A stretch of DNA of 60,393 nt, filler included, from Dugesia japonica (Eukaryota), in assembly GCA_001938525.1 (NCBI GenBank). It is 5 parts of 5 records of this genome, joined end to end, with 100 filler letters (N's around TTAATTAATTAA, not from the genome) between each part and the next. Parts side by side here need not be neighbours in the genome. Positions count along the whole stretch, not along the records: positions 33,401 to 42,295 come from MQRL01571313.1; positions 42,396 to 51,248 come from MQRL01638371.1; positions 51,349 to 60,393 come from MQRL01533357.1; 2 more parts are not named here. The stretch is one strand, 5' to 3'. Below are positions 39,753 to 51,463 of this stretch, in pieces. The notes under the pieces were generated by a model. The model was not told where the DNA came from and made no database searches. It saw only the letters and a program-made list of their open reading frames with translations. The translations under genes were made by a program, and so were the position numbers. Numbering within the stretch: the first letter of the stretch is position 1; every line of letters begins with the position of its first letter.

Positions 39753-40088
39753 TGCCCCGAATTCAGTTGCCCACCAGCTTACGTAGATGCCATCGCCTCA
39801 TACAAAAACTTCTTTTAGAAAGGCACATTAAGCGGCAAAACGAGAGAGCATTGTTACGACATCTGACCCAGAGAAATCGCCTTATTAAAAAACTAAATGT
39901 TATAGCTAAAAAACAGGGCGAACTAGCAGATCACACGAAGCAGGTACTCGTACACAAAATAGAATTCCTACAACAATATATATCTGATCTGGCAAAACCG
40001 TCTAGAACAAGAAACATGGATTTGCTGGAATAGCGAAGATGATGAAGCCGCTTTTGTTTTCATGTCTGGAGAGCCTACCCAGTGGTTA
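39753..40088 (+). CDS. Basic coiled-coil cassette protein (MPRIQLPTSLRRCHRL...), 3' end frameshifted relative to the 58715 copy
   Basis: ORF 39752..40033 is strongly similar to 58715..59080. Both start at ctaat..tttgtttAG|TG CC and share the GAGCCTACCCAGTGG (EPTQW) end. Confidence 0.65.
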
Positions 40089-40809
40089 GACCCGGGTGCT
40101 CTATAATTTATGTGACTAATTAAAATAAATTTTATTAATAGTATATTGTTAATTTATTTGGTAAATGAAAATAAGGGGAAAATAACGAACCCGAAATAAA
40201 CGTACACGAGTGAGCACATCAAGTAAGTCATGGAAGTCAACCGCTCTGTACCGATAACCTAATTAGGGATATTAGGTAAATTTTTAGGTAAAATCAACTA
40301 CTGAATTTTGTAATAAATTTATGTAATAAACGACTATTCATCACTGTATTTTTATCAAATAATTGAAATTGGAATTAAATTAGCTTCAGAAAATTAATTT
40401 CGTATTTCGAATAATTTAAAAAGCTATATTATTATGGTTATTTTTATTTATTTTAATAACATGTATTATTATCTTGTGAAAACTTGCTAATGTGATAAGA
40501 AATACTTAAACGTTTTACAAGAAATTTCATAAATTTTTCAAATAAATATCATAAATTCATATTTTGTTACTCCTCAGACTTTTAATTTGAAACAAAATTC
40601 AACCAATTAACACTGAGAAATAATTAAAATAATTTACATGAATGATTGAAATTTAAATTTAATATTATTATTTTTTTAACTTTCCAATTATATGGCAAAA
40701 TATACATTTTAAATATGTTAAATAAGTGAAATGAAAGTACTTTAACTAATTGAAATTCAATTAATTCAAAGATAAACCGGTAATAAATATTAAATAAATC
40801 AATTAAAGT

Positions 40810-41280
40810 TGTTAGATGAGTTTGAAGTACTCATCGAATAATTAATATTAAAACTCGTTTCCATAAAAGTTCATCCACAAAACTAAACTATATCCATCAC
40901 TATTTGTTTATTCAAACAAATTAAAACTCCATACTTTAATTGGAATCATTTTTCAATAAATTTAAAATTTTGGATTAAATTTTCATTTAAAATAATTTTG
41001 AAAATTCAAATGAAATAATCAAAATCTCATTTAAAATTTAAATAAAATAATCATTTGTTGTTAAAATCTTATTTAAAATTATAAAAATCTATAATAAATT
41101 GTGTATAAAAATATTTAAATAAATCCTTAAATTATTCATAATTTTTGTACAAAATATTTTAACTTAATTTACTTTAATTTCTTAATTAATTTCTGACTAT
41201 TAATTTTAAAAAGGATTTTAAGAAAATGATTTCCAATCAAAGCACAAAAATTTCAACTCGCTTTTCAAAACATACTCACA
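40810..41280 (-). mobile_element. Solo LTR of the same gypsy family
   Basis: Reverse-complement similarity to 21461-21836 at both ends; perfect 5-bp TSD AAAGT (40805-40809 / 41281-41285). Confidence 0.9.
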
Positions 41281-42529
41281 AAAGTCATACAAATGTACGA
41301 ACTTTTCATTAAATAATACAGAAAATTATTGAGAACTTCATACAGCTATACAAAGATTAATCAATCTCATTAAACCATGATAATTACAAATTTATATATC
41401 CAATAATTTCATACAAATATAACCAACTTTCATACAAAGTTAGAATTATTTCATTATCATACAACAAATTTCGATAGGTATTGTACAAGTAAAATAAATT
41501 TTCAACATGGAAAAATAACAAATAGTGAAAATAATAAACTATACTTAATGGTCAAAGTAAACTAACGACCTCAGTAAGCCAATTTGCATAATAAGTCAGT
41601 TAATACAGTTAGTCAATAGATACTGTAAATCGATAGGAAGAGTAACCCAATGGGTTTTCAAAANNNNNNNNNNNNNNNNNNNNNNNNNNNNNNNNNNNNN
41701 NNNNNNNNNNNNNNNNNNNNNNNNNNNNNNNNNNNNNNNNNNNNNNNNNNNNNNNNNNNNNNNNNNNNNNNNACTATGAACTTTTTACAAGTATATAACG
41801 TTGTAGTATTTTAGAACTTACTAACTAATACAAATGAAATGACCCCAAAACTCGTACTATTATTGATCCTTAATTAATACATCTTTTTAATCCAAATTTG
41901 TACATTTATAATTGTAAATAATAGTAACACATTAATGAAAATAAATTAACATAATAAAAACGTTCAAAATTTTCATCAGTGAAAATATAGAAAAAATAAA
42001 ATAAAAAAAACATAAATAAAATAAATAAATAAAAAAAAAATTTAAATAATAAAAAGTCATTTAAAATCAAATTAACTATAATAACGCGCTAAGATACATC
42101 ACCCCAGTGAAAAACAACAACAGTAGCAGAAAGAAGGAAAACATAGAGTGGGTAATGCTATCCAAAGTACATGTATCATTGGGAAATGATGACTCATGTG
42201 TTATTCAAACTTCTTATATGGTTGGTTAATGGGTATTATATACTATGTACATATATGCGCGCGCGCACACACACATATAAATATATATATATATANNNNN
42301 NNNNNNNNNNNNNNNNNNNNNNNNNNNNNNNNNNNNNNNTTAATTAATTAANNNNNNNNNNNNNNNNNNNNNNNNNNNNNNNNNNNNNNNNNNNNTTATA
42401 CAAACATCATTAAATGGAGAAAAAATTATTTTTATTGAAATTATTTAATTAAGTGATTTTCATATTATTTATAAATATAATTATAAAAATGATAATAATA
42501 GTTATAATAATAATAATGATAATAATAAT

Positions 42530-42645
42530 TGTTAGATGAGTTCGGAGAACTCATCAATACCAAATTACACTCCATAGGAAAATTTATTCAACAACATCTA
42601 TAAACATAAATTTGCTTTTTTCAAACAAATTTAAAAATTCCTAAA
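42530..42645 (-). mobile_element. Diverged fragment of a related LTR 3' end
   Basis: TGTTAGATGAGTTCGGAGAACTCATC matches the LTR terminal hairpin. Confidence 0.6.
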
Positions 42646-42759
42646 AAAAATATCAAAAAATAGCGAAAAATATCAAATATCAGCAGTTGTTAGATTTTTT
42701 TAATTTTAAAGATTTATTACCAAATTTTCCATGTTAGAAAGTTTGAAGATAAACCTGTT

Positions 42760-43080
42760 TTAGCCTAGGAGAAACGAACACGGGATGAGAGCCCATGTGA
42801 CAGTGAGACAGAGTGACGATGACTCAACATTAGACGATTATGANGTGTATTGATCAACGATTCAGTAGAGTGCGCTACCAGAACGGATGAGGCGTTTGGC
42901 TGATTATGAACTTAATTGATCTTGAAATCATCGGGAGTGTTGTATTATGATATAAAATTGGTTTGAATATGTTATCATCAAGAGGCAGATTTTTTTAAGT
43001 GGTTAAATACATTTTAAATTATTTCGTTTTTCATTTTATTGAGTTTTGCACAGCAAAACGTTTGCTGGGTTTTAATAATA
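42760..43080 (+). mobile_element. Possible LTR-retrotransposon 3' end fragment
   Basis: RRN..H and P.R.R.LADYEL* type integrase tail, purine run GGGAG, then TGTTG. Confidence 0.4.
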
Positions 43081-43880
43081 CCCATACCACTAAATTTTTC
43101 TTTTTTCTAGAATAAGACGACTTCAAAGTTTAGCATAATTTTTTTATTACCGATGTTTCATTTTTTAACGGTATTGATTTCATTATATTAATTTTACCAT
43201 CTATTAATTCTTATAATTTTTTTCTAAGTTTGATTTGGAAAATTTATCTATTAATTGGTACTCATTCTATACCTATAACGTTAATAACTAAACAATATTA
43301 ACTTAAGAAATAAAATTTTATTAAATATTTACCAATAAGAAAATCTATCAAATTAATTTTCAATTTTTCATCGATAATTATACTCGTGACTAAACTGATA
43401 AATTTTGATTGGTTAAATCCCTGAAATTGTCAAAAGGTTAATCAAAATGACTAAATTATAATTTATTCTACATTTGAAATTTCATTATACTATTCAGATT
43501 TATCTTAAATGTAATTAAGTTTCCTATTGAAATTTACACGCGTTTTCTAAATTTAGTAACATTAAATTAATTAGCATTATTCAACCATGTTTTACAATTA
43601 ATTTGAGAGTACGGAGATTTTGGTTAAATGAAAAACAAAAAAAATAGATTATAATATAAATAAACAATACAAGACATTGAAAGCAGCAAACAGGTCATCG
43701 ATTGTTCTCGCTAAAAGTCATAAGAAATAATGTCAATAAAACAAAATTTATCAATTTTATAAATTGTTATCTCTGATTGTTTATAATATAAACTAAAATC
43801 ATCATATACACCTTTATAATCTAGTCTATGTATAAAAACTCAAAAAGTTATTACAAATTAAAATTTAATAGCAATATTGA

Positions 43881-44981
43881 CTATTTGCTTCGTTTTCTTG
43901 CTGTCCATACCAAGCATGTTGTGTCCCATGAGCAAGTAGCTATCGCTACTCCGTCTGGGCTAATTTTTACACCACTAACCCTGCCATCATGGGCTGATAA
44001 CAAACCTATTCTTTCTTCCCTCAAAAGATCCCACACATGACAAATAAAATCATCATATCCTGCAATAAGAATTCTACCTGATTTTGAAAGTGCTAGACTT
44101 GTGCTGCCACTTTTTATGTAATCATCAGTATAAATAGCAATACATTGATCAGATCGAATGTCCCAAAGCCTACAAGCTTTATCATCTGAAGCACTAACAA
44201 ATCCATATGATGCTTCAGGGAAAAATGAAATTCCATTTACATCTTGTTCATGGCCAACAAACACTTGAACATATCTGTTTGGTATTCGGACATCCCACAA
44301 ACGGCATGTTTTATCAGCGGAAGCAGTAACAAACATATTTGTATCTTTCTTATTAATATCTAAACAAGTAACATCATTTTCATGCCCCAAATACGATGAT
44401 AACATTTTATTAGTTTCTAAATTCCATAAACCACAACTTTTATCTCCTGAAGCACTGATTATAGAATCATCATTCTGAAATCGACAAGATGAAATGTAGC
44501 CATCATGGCCTACCAATTCACAACATGGCGCTTCTGGCCCTGCAACAGTTTGTAAATCGAAAATGCTGATAACATTATCTAGTCCACCACTNNNNNNNNN
44601 NNNNNNNNNNNNNNNNNNNNNNNNNNNNNNNNNNNNNNNNNNNNNNNNNNNNNNNNNNNNNNNNNNNNNNNNNNNNNNNNNNNNNNNNNNNNNNNNNNNN
44701 NNNNNNTGAGAAGCAGTTACGAGTAGTTGACTATCTGAAGCCCAATCCAAGCTTGTTACTTTGGACAAATGTGATCTTAATTGTTTGCATACTTTGAATT
44801 TAAGTCTCCCAAGTTCTTTAACGTGTTCTGTCATTTGGAAAAAATCTGTATCTTGAACTTCTTGTCTAACTGAATCAAGACGTTCTTTTATAATTTCGAT
44901 TTCATCAATCAATTTGAGCTCTTCAGGACACATGTCCTCTAAATTGTCATCAACACCAAGATTAACTATAGTTTTATCCAT
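43881..44981 (-). CDS. Heterotrimeric G-protein beta subunit, divergent, apparently intronless
   Basis: N-terminal coiled coil plus WD40 repeats with G-beta motifs (LRSHLSKV..W..DS.LLVTAS; GGLDN..SI; GHDGYISSCRF; SGD..CxLW; GHEQDVN; SDD..CRLWDIRSD; SKSGR.L.AGYDDF; HDGRVS; CSWD). The N gap length (~39 codons) matches the missing protein segment. Confidence 0.95.
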   Translation of the reverse strand: MDKTIVNLGVDDNLEDMCPEELKLIDEIEIIKERLDSVRQEVQDTDFFQMTEHVKELGRLKFKVCKQLRSHLSKVTSLDWASDSQLLVTASXXXXXXXXXXXXXXXXXXXXXXXXXXXXXXXXXXXXXXXSGGLDNVISIFDLQTVAGPEAPCCELVGHDGYISSCRFQNDDSIISASGDKSCGLWNLETNKMLSSYLGHENDVTCLDINKKDTNMFVTASADKTCRLWDVRIPNRYVQVFVGHEQDVNGISFFPEASYGFVSASDDKACRLWDIRSDQCIAIYTDDYIKSGSTSLALSKSGRILIAGYDDFICHVWDLLREERIGLLSAHDGRVSGVKISPDGVAIATCSWDTTCLVWTARKRSK

Positions 44982-46040
44982 AAGATAGATAACAGTTAGT
45001 TTTTAACTTTGTTTTAAATCAGCTTGTGATAACTACCATCATACATCTTGACATCTTTGGATACTATACACAATATATTTGATTGGGCGTGTGTAAAAGA
45101 TAATAGAACTAATAATAATTGGAACTAGATATGCATTATCACAGATATCGACTAATCGATACTAAGCCTTTGTGTAGCTTGATTCAGCATACAAACTCAA
45201 TATAGTCCAATTAATACACACATTCCTATAGACTAAACACACAGTACCATGCATACTCACCTTAGAGTGAATATTTATGCATCCAGATTAGCAAACTTAA
45301 CTGAACAGATAAAATTGATAATAATTATTATTAATGAAATAGCAAACTTTGATTTGTCTAAACAAACCAATGAAAATCCAAATTGGATAGAAAATTATTT
45401 GAAATAGCCAAAATTTGTGAAAATATTAGCTTATCAATTTTCAATAAGGAATTTCTAATTTATTTGCCATAAAATAATAAACCATTTCAAAGAAATATTT
45501 TTAATGTAGAATTTAAGAAAATATATTAAAATTAAGACTGTCAATATAAAATCGTAAAAATAATTCATAACTTCAATGTTCAAGTCACTTTGATATTTAA
45601 GAATTCAATGTAAATAACAGTGAATTAATTTCTTTTCAAAAATCAAATGCGGATATAACGATTAAAATATTAATGTAAATAAATCTTCATGATTTTCCAG
45701 AACTTAACTGATCGGAATCATAAATTGTTAAAGTGCTTTTTACTCTACTGTTCTTCATTAATTTAAATCTTCATAACATCTATTTTGTGTATTTTTAATG
45801 ATGAATCAAAATGAACCTTATCTCATATTATCTCAAAAAAATTTATCTCAAAGATAATTTTTTTCCTATTTTTCATAGTTTCACTTGAGATGAATAGTGG
45901 AAGGAGATATTGGTGAAAGAAGTAAATGGTTCAGTGGTATAGAAGGCTAAACGTTGTCAATTGAAAGACTATGAATAAGAGGTTAAAGTAAAAGATAACA
46001 ATCAATAACAAAGAACAACTGTAGACAGAAGAAATAACTA

Positions 46041-46466
46041 CCGTCCGAAAATAAGGCACTGTCTTTTTTTCTTTTTTAGCCCAAAATACGTGCTAGGGAT
46101 TATTATCCGGGATGTCTTATTTTTTAAGTTTTTCAAAATATATTCGTTTAATATTTATTTATATGTAAGAATTTCACATTTATTACTTTTATTTATGCTA
46201 ATACATGTACATTTTAGTTAAATTTAGGTATATGTTTATGTAAATTTAAATTTATTCAAATACAGTCATGTCATCTTCTTCTGGAACATCNNNNNNNNNN
46301 NNNNNNNNNNNNNNNNNNNNNNNNNNAATGTTTTCTTTGATAATTTTATATTTTTCACATTGCTTTAACTAGGGCTTATTTTTAGTGTAGGACTTATATT
46401 TCAAAAAATCCTGAAAATCACACTCGGGCTTAATTTCAAGGTTGTCTTATTTTCGGAAAAAGACGG
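46041..46466. mobile_element. Tc1/pogo-type MITE
   Basis: TA TSD; imperfect TIRs CCGT..CCGAAAATAAG / CTTATTTTCGG..ACGG; internal repeated TAGGGCTTATT motifs. Confidence 0.8.
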
Positions 46467-46960
46467 TATGAAATAGGACAATAAGAGTAAGAACAGAAAA
46501 ATATAACAAGATAGGAAATGACAGATTAAGAAGACAAAGAAGCTGTAAGAAATGAAGGGGGCAAATAATTCATTAAAAGAAATAAAAATGCTAAATCAAA
46601 TTAATATTCAGCCACAGAAAAATAAATAAAACGAATTATTTGAGAGACAGAAAGCTAAATTAATTTTAATTATAAGCTTAGAATGGAAGAATATAATGAA
46701 AATTAATAACTTAATTATAAAGAAAAATAAAACCAACAATTAATTTATTAAAATAAGAAAGATCATCCAAAATTTCATGATTTATTATTATAATAAAACG
46801 GATGTAATTTCNCGAGAAAGTCAAAACTGAAGAAAAATAGGGTTTCCTAGTGCGAGAAAATTAGCAAAACAAGAAATTTATTGTCGCAAAAAATGCGCAG
46901 ATTTCAGAAATTCCAGTTAAAATTTTTTTAGCTCTACTATGAAGTTACAAGAGTTTTAAC

Positions 46961-47142
46961 GAAAGCCAATTGGATTCTATCAGCTTTGAAATTTCAAAAG
47001 ATTAGCCAATAGGAATTAGTGGTACGATATGGCAAGATAAACTTAGCCAATAGAAGTTATTGAAGGATTGAATAATTTTGATAAGCCAATAGGATTGTTG
47101 AGATTTGAATATTACATAGCATGCAGGCAAAATATATAAAAC
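46961..47142 (+). promoter_or_regulatory. Array of four AGCCAAT boxes at 39-41 bp spacing followed by TATA
   Basis: CCAAT at 46966, 47006, 47047 and 47086; TATATAAAA at ~47133. Confidence 0.6.
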
Positions 47143-48879
47143 ATAACATGTAAAATAAACACCAAGTTCAAATCAAATAAACATCAAAGAAGTATTCGAG
47201 CACAATCAATCCAAGTCAATGAAATCAATCCAATTCAATCAATGAACCCTCTATAATGATCTACTTTGTGTTATTTTACATCTAATGATTTATTGGAACA
47301 TTTATTTTATGTTTATTGTAAATACTTATTTTTTGAATAATATTTTGCAAAAAATTGTATATAAAGTTTGCAAATAATAATCAGTTGTTTTAACGATTCA
47401 TTTTTAATGTATGTGAAACTACGGATGTTAAATCAGTATATATACTGATTAATTTTAACTAATTTTCAGACAATCTCGATTCGACTAGAATCCAACCTCT
47501 AAGGGCGGCATTACTAGCCTGGAATCTAAAATATTGCTAATAAGTGTACACAGTTATATTTTATACCCAAAATAAAGTTTTGCAAACGTTATTGATTAAT
47601 CATTTTTATAAGGAATATACCACATATCACTATATCTATAAATTTCGATAAAATATTTTTATATAATACAGTATTGACATATAAAGGGAAACGTATAACA
47701 CCCATAAAATCAATAAATATATTCTTGAATAATAGTTATAAAGTAATCGAACCATAAAATCTTTTGTTGAGTAGAAATACCCAACAGGATGAATGGGACA
47801 TACCAGAGAACAGGTATAAATACCGTTGCAATTTTCATGAAAATCAATCATAAAATCCTCTTTTCAGTTTAACTACTAGTAGAGGTAGCTTATTAAAAAA
47901 TTAAATGAGGTACAATGGTTTCTGCTGATTGATTAATAAGGATAAATTAAAATAATTTGGCTGAAGAATTAATGTTGTGCTTCTTGCTCCGGATGCTTAA
48001 CAAAGTCCACGTGAGTAATTATGTAGCATGTTAAATATGTAATCCGAAATTTTGGTACAATCAGTTATAATAAAATTTTCTAACTTCATGACTCATGATC
48101 TCACCGATTAAAGTAATAACCATATAATTGTAAATGTCAAGATATTTCAAAATAATTCTCGAATTTAATGATAATAAATATAATAATAAGGCTACCTAAT
48201 AAATAATGAGGCAAAATTAGTGCAGACCCCAAAATATTGGTAAAAACTCCGATTATAAACTGACACAATAACGAATTGAAAAAAGGTCACTGCCTGAGAA
48301 AAATACAACGCAAGATGAATAATGAATATTATGTACAAANNNNNNNNNNNNNNNNNNNNNNNNNNNNNNNNNNNNNNNNNNNNNNNNNNNNNNNNNNNNN
48401 NNNNNNNNNNNNNNNNNNNNNNNNNNNNNNNNNNATTGCAAAAGGCTGATATGAAAAACTAAAAACCTACGTTTACCAATTGAAAATTTCAATTTACTTA
48501 TAATTTCTTTAGAAACTTTTAATTAAAATTTGTAATCATAATTCTGTTTTTCAAGTAATTGCTGATATTATTTTACTGATACAATTATTTTACTATTATT
48601 AGTTAAATTGATTCATTTAAACAAAATAATTAAATATTATTTATTTCAAGTCGTTGCAATATTCTAAAATTATTTCATCCAATTATGTTGCGTCGCGGTA
48701 TTTTAAAATTAGTTATAATACACTCATAGATTGTTTTAAGTGAGTAAATGAGTAAAAATTATGATATACACACAAATAGAGTGATTCGTATCGTATATAT
48801 AAAGAGAGAGAGACTTTAACCTTTAAGAGAGAATTTAACCACTCTAAGAATTTAATCTGGTGTCCTTATACTAGATTTT

Positions 48880-51155
48880 TGGATTAGGAACGATAAATGT
48901 AATGAAATGAGTAAAGTGAGAGAAAAGGTTTACAAATTCCCGAAAAGGGAAAGTTTCAATGAGGCAGAAGTTAACAAAGCAGAAGGGATAGGAACAATTG
49001 AGGAAAAATAATGTAGAAAGTTTGTATAAGATGCAAGGGAGACCTATCATTTATGTGATGATCAAAGGTGAACAGTTTGATTATTTGTTAGATACGGGAT
49101 CACGAAAAAATGTAATGAGCATGAAAAGATTTAGTAGACTCGGAGAAATAATGTTAGAGAAAAGTGAGGAAAGATTGCATTGCGCGAATAACAGCTCATT
49201 GGAGACTATTAGAAAGATACTTGTGAAAGTTGTCGTTTCAGAGGTGTGCAAGGAAGTAATATTTATAAAAATAGAAAAACTAATACCGCATCGAATTAGT
49301 GGAGTGGAATTTGAACATACTTTTGGGTATCATCTGCAAAAAAGGGCAGGGTAAACATCAATAGTCAACGAGAAATTTTTTTTGCAACATCGAGGCAAAA
49401 TTTGGAATACAGATACAGATGGACAGACAATTGAGACTTGCGATGGAGATTCTAGAAGTTAACAAAGATCATAGATGGACTCCGATTATTCAGAATAATA
49501 AGGATGTATTTATGGTGGGAAAATGGGACATTGGATGCACAAACTTAACAAAGCATCGAATAATCACTAAAAAAGGTCCAATCAACATAAAACTTTATCG
49601 TCAACCAATGAATCTAGAAGAGAAGATTGAAGAGGCCATCAAGAATCTGTATGATAACGGTATCATCGGGAAGTGTAACTCTCAATGGAATACACTATTA
49701 ATCTGCGTTTGGAAAAAGGAAAAAAAGGATATACAATTATGCTTAAAGTTTATACAGAAAGACAAACTTTTCCTATGCCAAATGTGGGCGAAAAGCTAGA
49801 TGCTTTGGAAAGTACCCAGTATTTTAGCTTAAAAGACTTGAGAAATGCATATGAAATAGTCAATAAAGTATTAAAAGAAATTAAGAATGCCAGTCTAAAG
49901 ATTAATCCGGAGANTTTTCAATTCTTTCGAAACGAGATCAAATGTTTGTTACAGTTATCACTAAAGAATATTTCAAAACAGATCCAACTGAAATAGAAGC
50001 AATTAAGAACTTCGGTAAAACCAAAATTCGTTAAGAAAATGAGAAGCTTTCTGGAAATTTGCATAATCTATCACAAATTCATTAAAGATTATTCAAAAAA
50101 GCTAGATTGCTGGAACAACTGTGTAGTTGACCGAGTAACAAGAAGATTAAATGGTTGAACGAGTTAGAAGAAGTTTTTAATGAAACGAAAGAAGCACTAA
50201 TGATATTTCCAATATTATTTTTCCAGATATCAATAAAGAATTTATATTAGACACAGATGCGAGTTTCGACACGACTGNTGCAGTACTGTTTCAAAGAAAC
50301 AATAATGGACAAGAAAGAGTAATTGCATATGGATCACACGCAATGACAAGTCATGAGAAAGGATATTGTACTACGTGGAAAGAATTACTCGCAATTTACT
50401 ACTTTTGTATTCATTTCAAACATTACATATATGGGAAGAGATTTATTTTTAAAACAGATCATAAAGCTATCACTTTTATGCTAAATATAACGCGAAACAT
50501 TTGTGGAGCAAAGTACAAGAGGTTGTCCGAAGCTGGATAACGTGCGAGAAAGCTAAAGTGTTGACAACAAAAACAAAGGAAGAAACAGAAATTACACAGC
50601 CAGTTGACATTTTGTAGTTGTTATTTATAGATGTGTGTGGACTATTGCAGGAGACAAGAGGTCAAAAAATATACGTTCTCCGTATAATAAATCAATACAG
50701 TAAGTATGTAGCCTTGATAGCAATGGTAAGACAATATGAAGATACCATACGAAAGACAATAATGAAGAAATGGATATTAAATTTCGGGTGTCCGAGAGAA
50801 ATTTGAGTTGATTCTAGAAAAGCATTTAAGTCTAAACCAATGAAATATTTTGCACCTGAACATGGAATTACCCTCAGGCTTTTGAGTCCATATCATCATA
50901 ACACAAATAGACAAATCGAGACACAGTTTATCGAGATATGATAAATGCGACAATTACAGAAAGGAAAACCTCAGATTGGGCTGATGTATTGCCAGAGATA
51001 GAATTTACCCTGAATGCTACAAAACAGAACACCACCGAGAAAAGCCCTACTGAAATCGTATTTGGGAAGAGAATAAGCAGAGAAAAATTCTACGAAACAG
51101 ATACTTAAAAAGTGCACAAATAGCGAGATAAAGTGATACTAACCAAAAGTCAATT
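48880..51155 (+). mobile_element. Ty3/gypsy pol pseudogene (protease, deleted RT, RNase H, integrase)
   Basis: YLLDTGS protease, WDIGCTNL.KHRI.T..PI, FILDTDAS RNase H, EKGYCTT.KELLAI, integrase LFIDVCG..FGCPREI, PYHHNTN.QIE. Same family as 23130-25203. Confidence 0.92.
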
Positions 51156-51348
51156 TCCACAGAAGATAAATTCAAAAATTTGGAAAAAATAAAAAACGTT
51201 TTTTGGAAAAGTTTTTGTTATTTTAATAAAAATTTTAAAAAGAAACATNNNNNNNNNNNNNNNNNNNNNNNNNNNNNNNNNNNNNNNNNNNNTTAATTAA
51301 TTAANNNNNNNNNNNNNNNNNNNNNNNNNNNNNNNNNNNNNNNNNNNN

Positions 51349-51463
51349 AATTACATCATAGATAAACGATCAAATAACCGATAATCGCACTAATTACGTA
51401 AAGGGGGTGGGGGAGGGTTCTACTGAATGTGTGCGTGGTTACGTGCGCTACTATCTATCTACT
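51349..51463 (+). mobile_element. Polinton-like right terminus inserted into a pPolB gene
   Basis: G-rich tract then ATGTGTGCGTGGTTACGTGCGCTACTATCTATCTACT; the pPolB coding sequence starts abruptly right after it. Confidence 0.65.

Noticed and set aside
39306-39760. Flatworm spliced-leader trans-splicing as the source of the AG|TG starts
   Set aside because: Flatworm SLs end in AUG, which would put the conserved ORFs out of frame. A donor ending in A (phase 1) fits better. SL use is not excluded for the AG|nnnATG genes.
43828-44040. Antisense ORFs over G-beta, gypsy pol and the RLE element
   Set aside because: Shadow ORFs opposite recognisable coding sequence.
51407-51463. N-terminus MGEGSTECVRGY of the pPolB ORF
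   Set aside because: It is the translated terminal repeat of an inserted element, not polymerase sequence.
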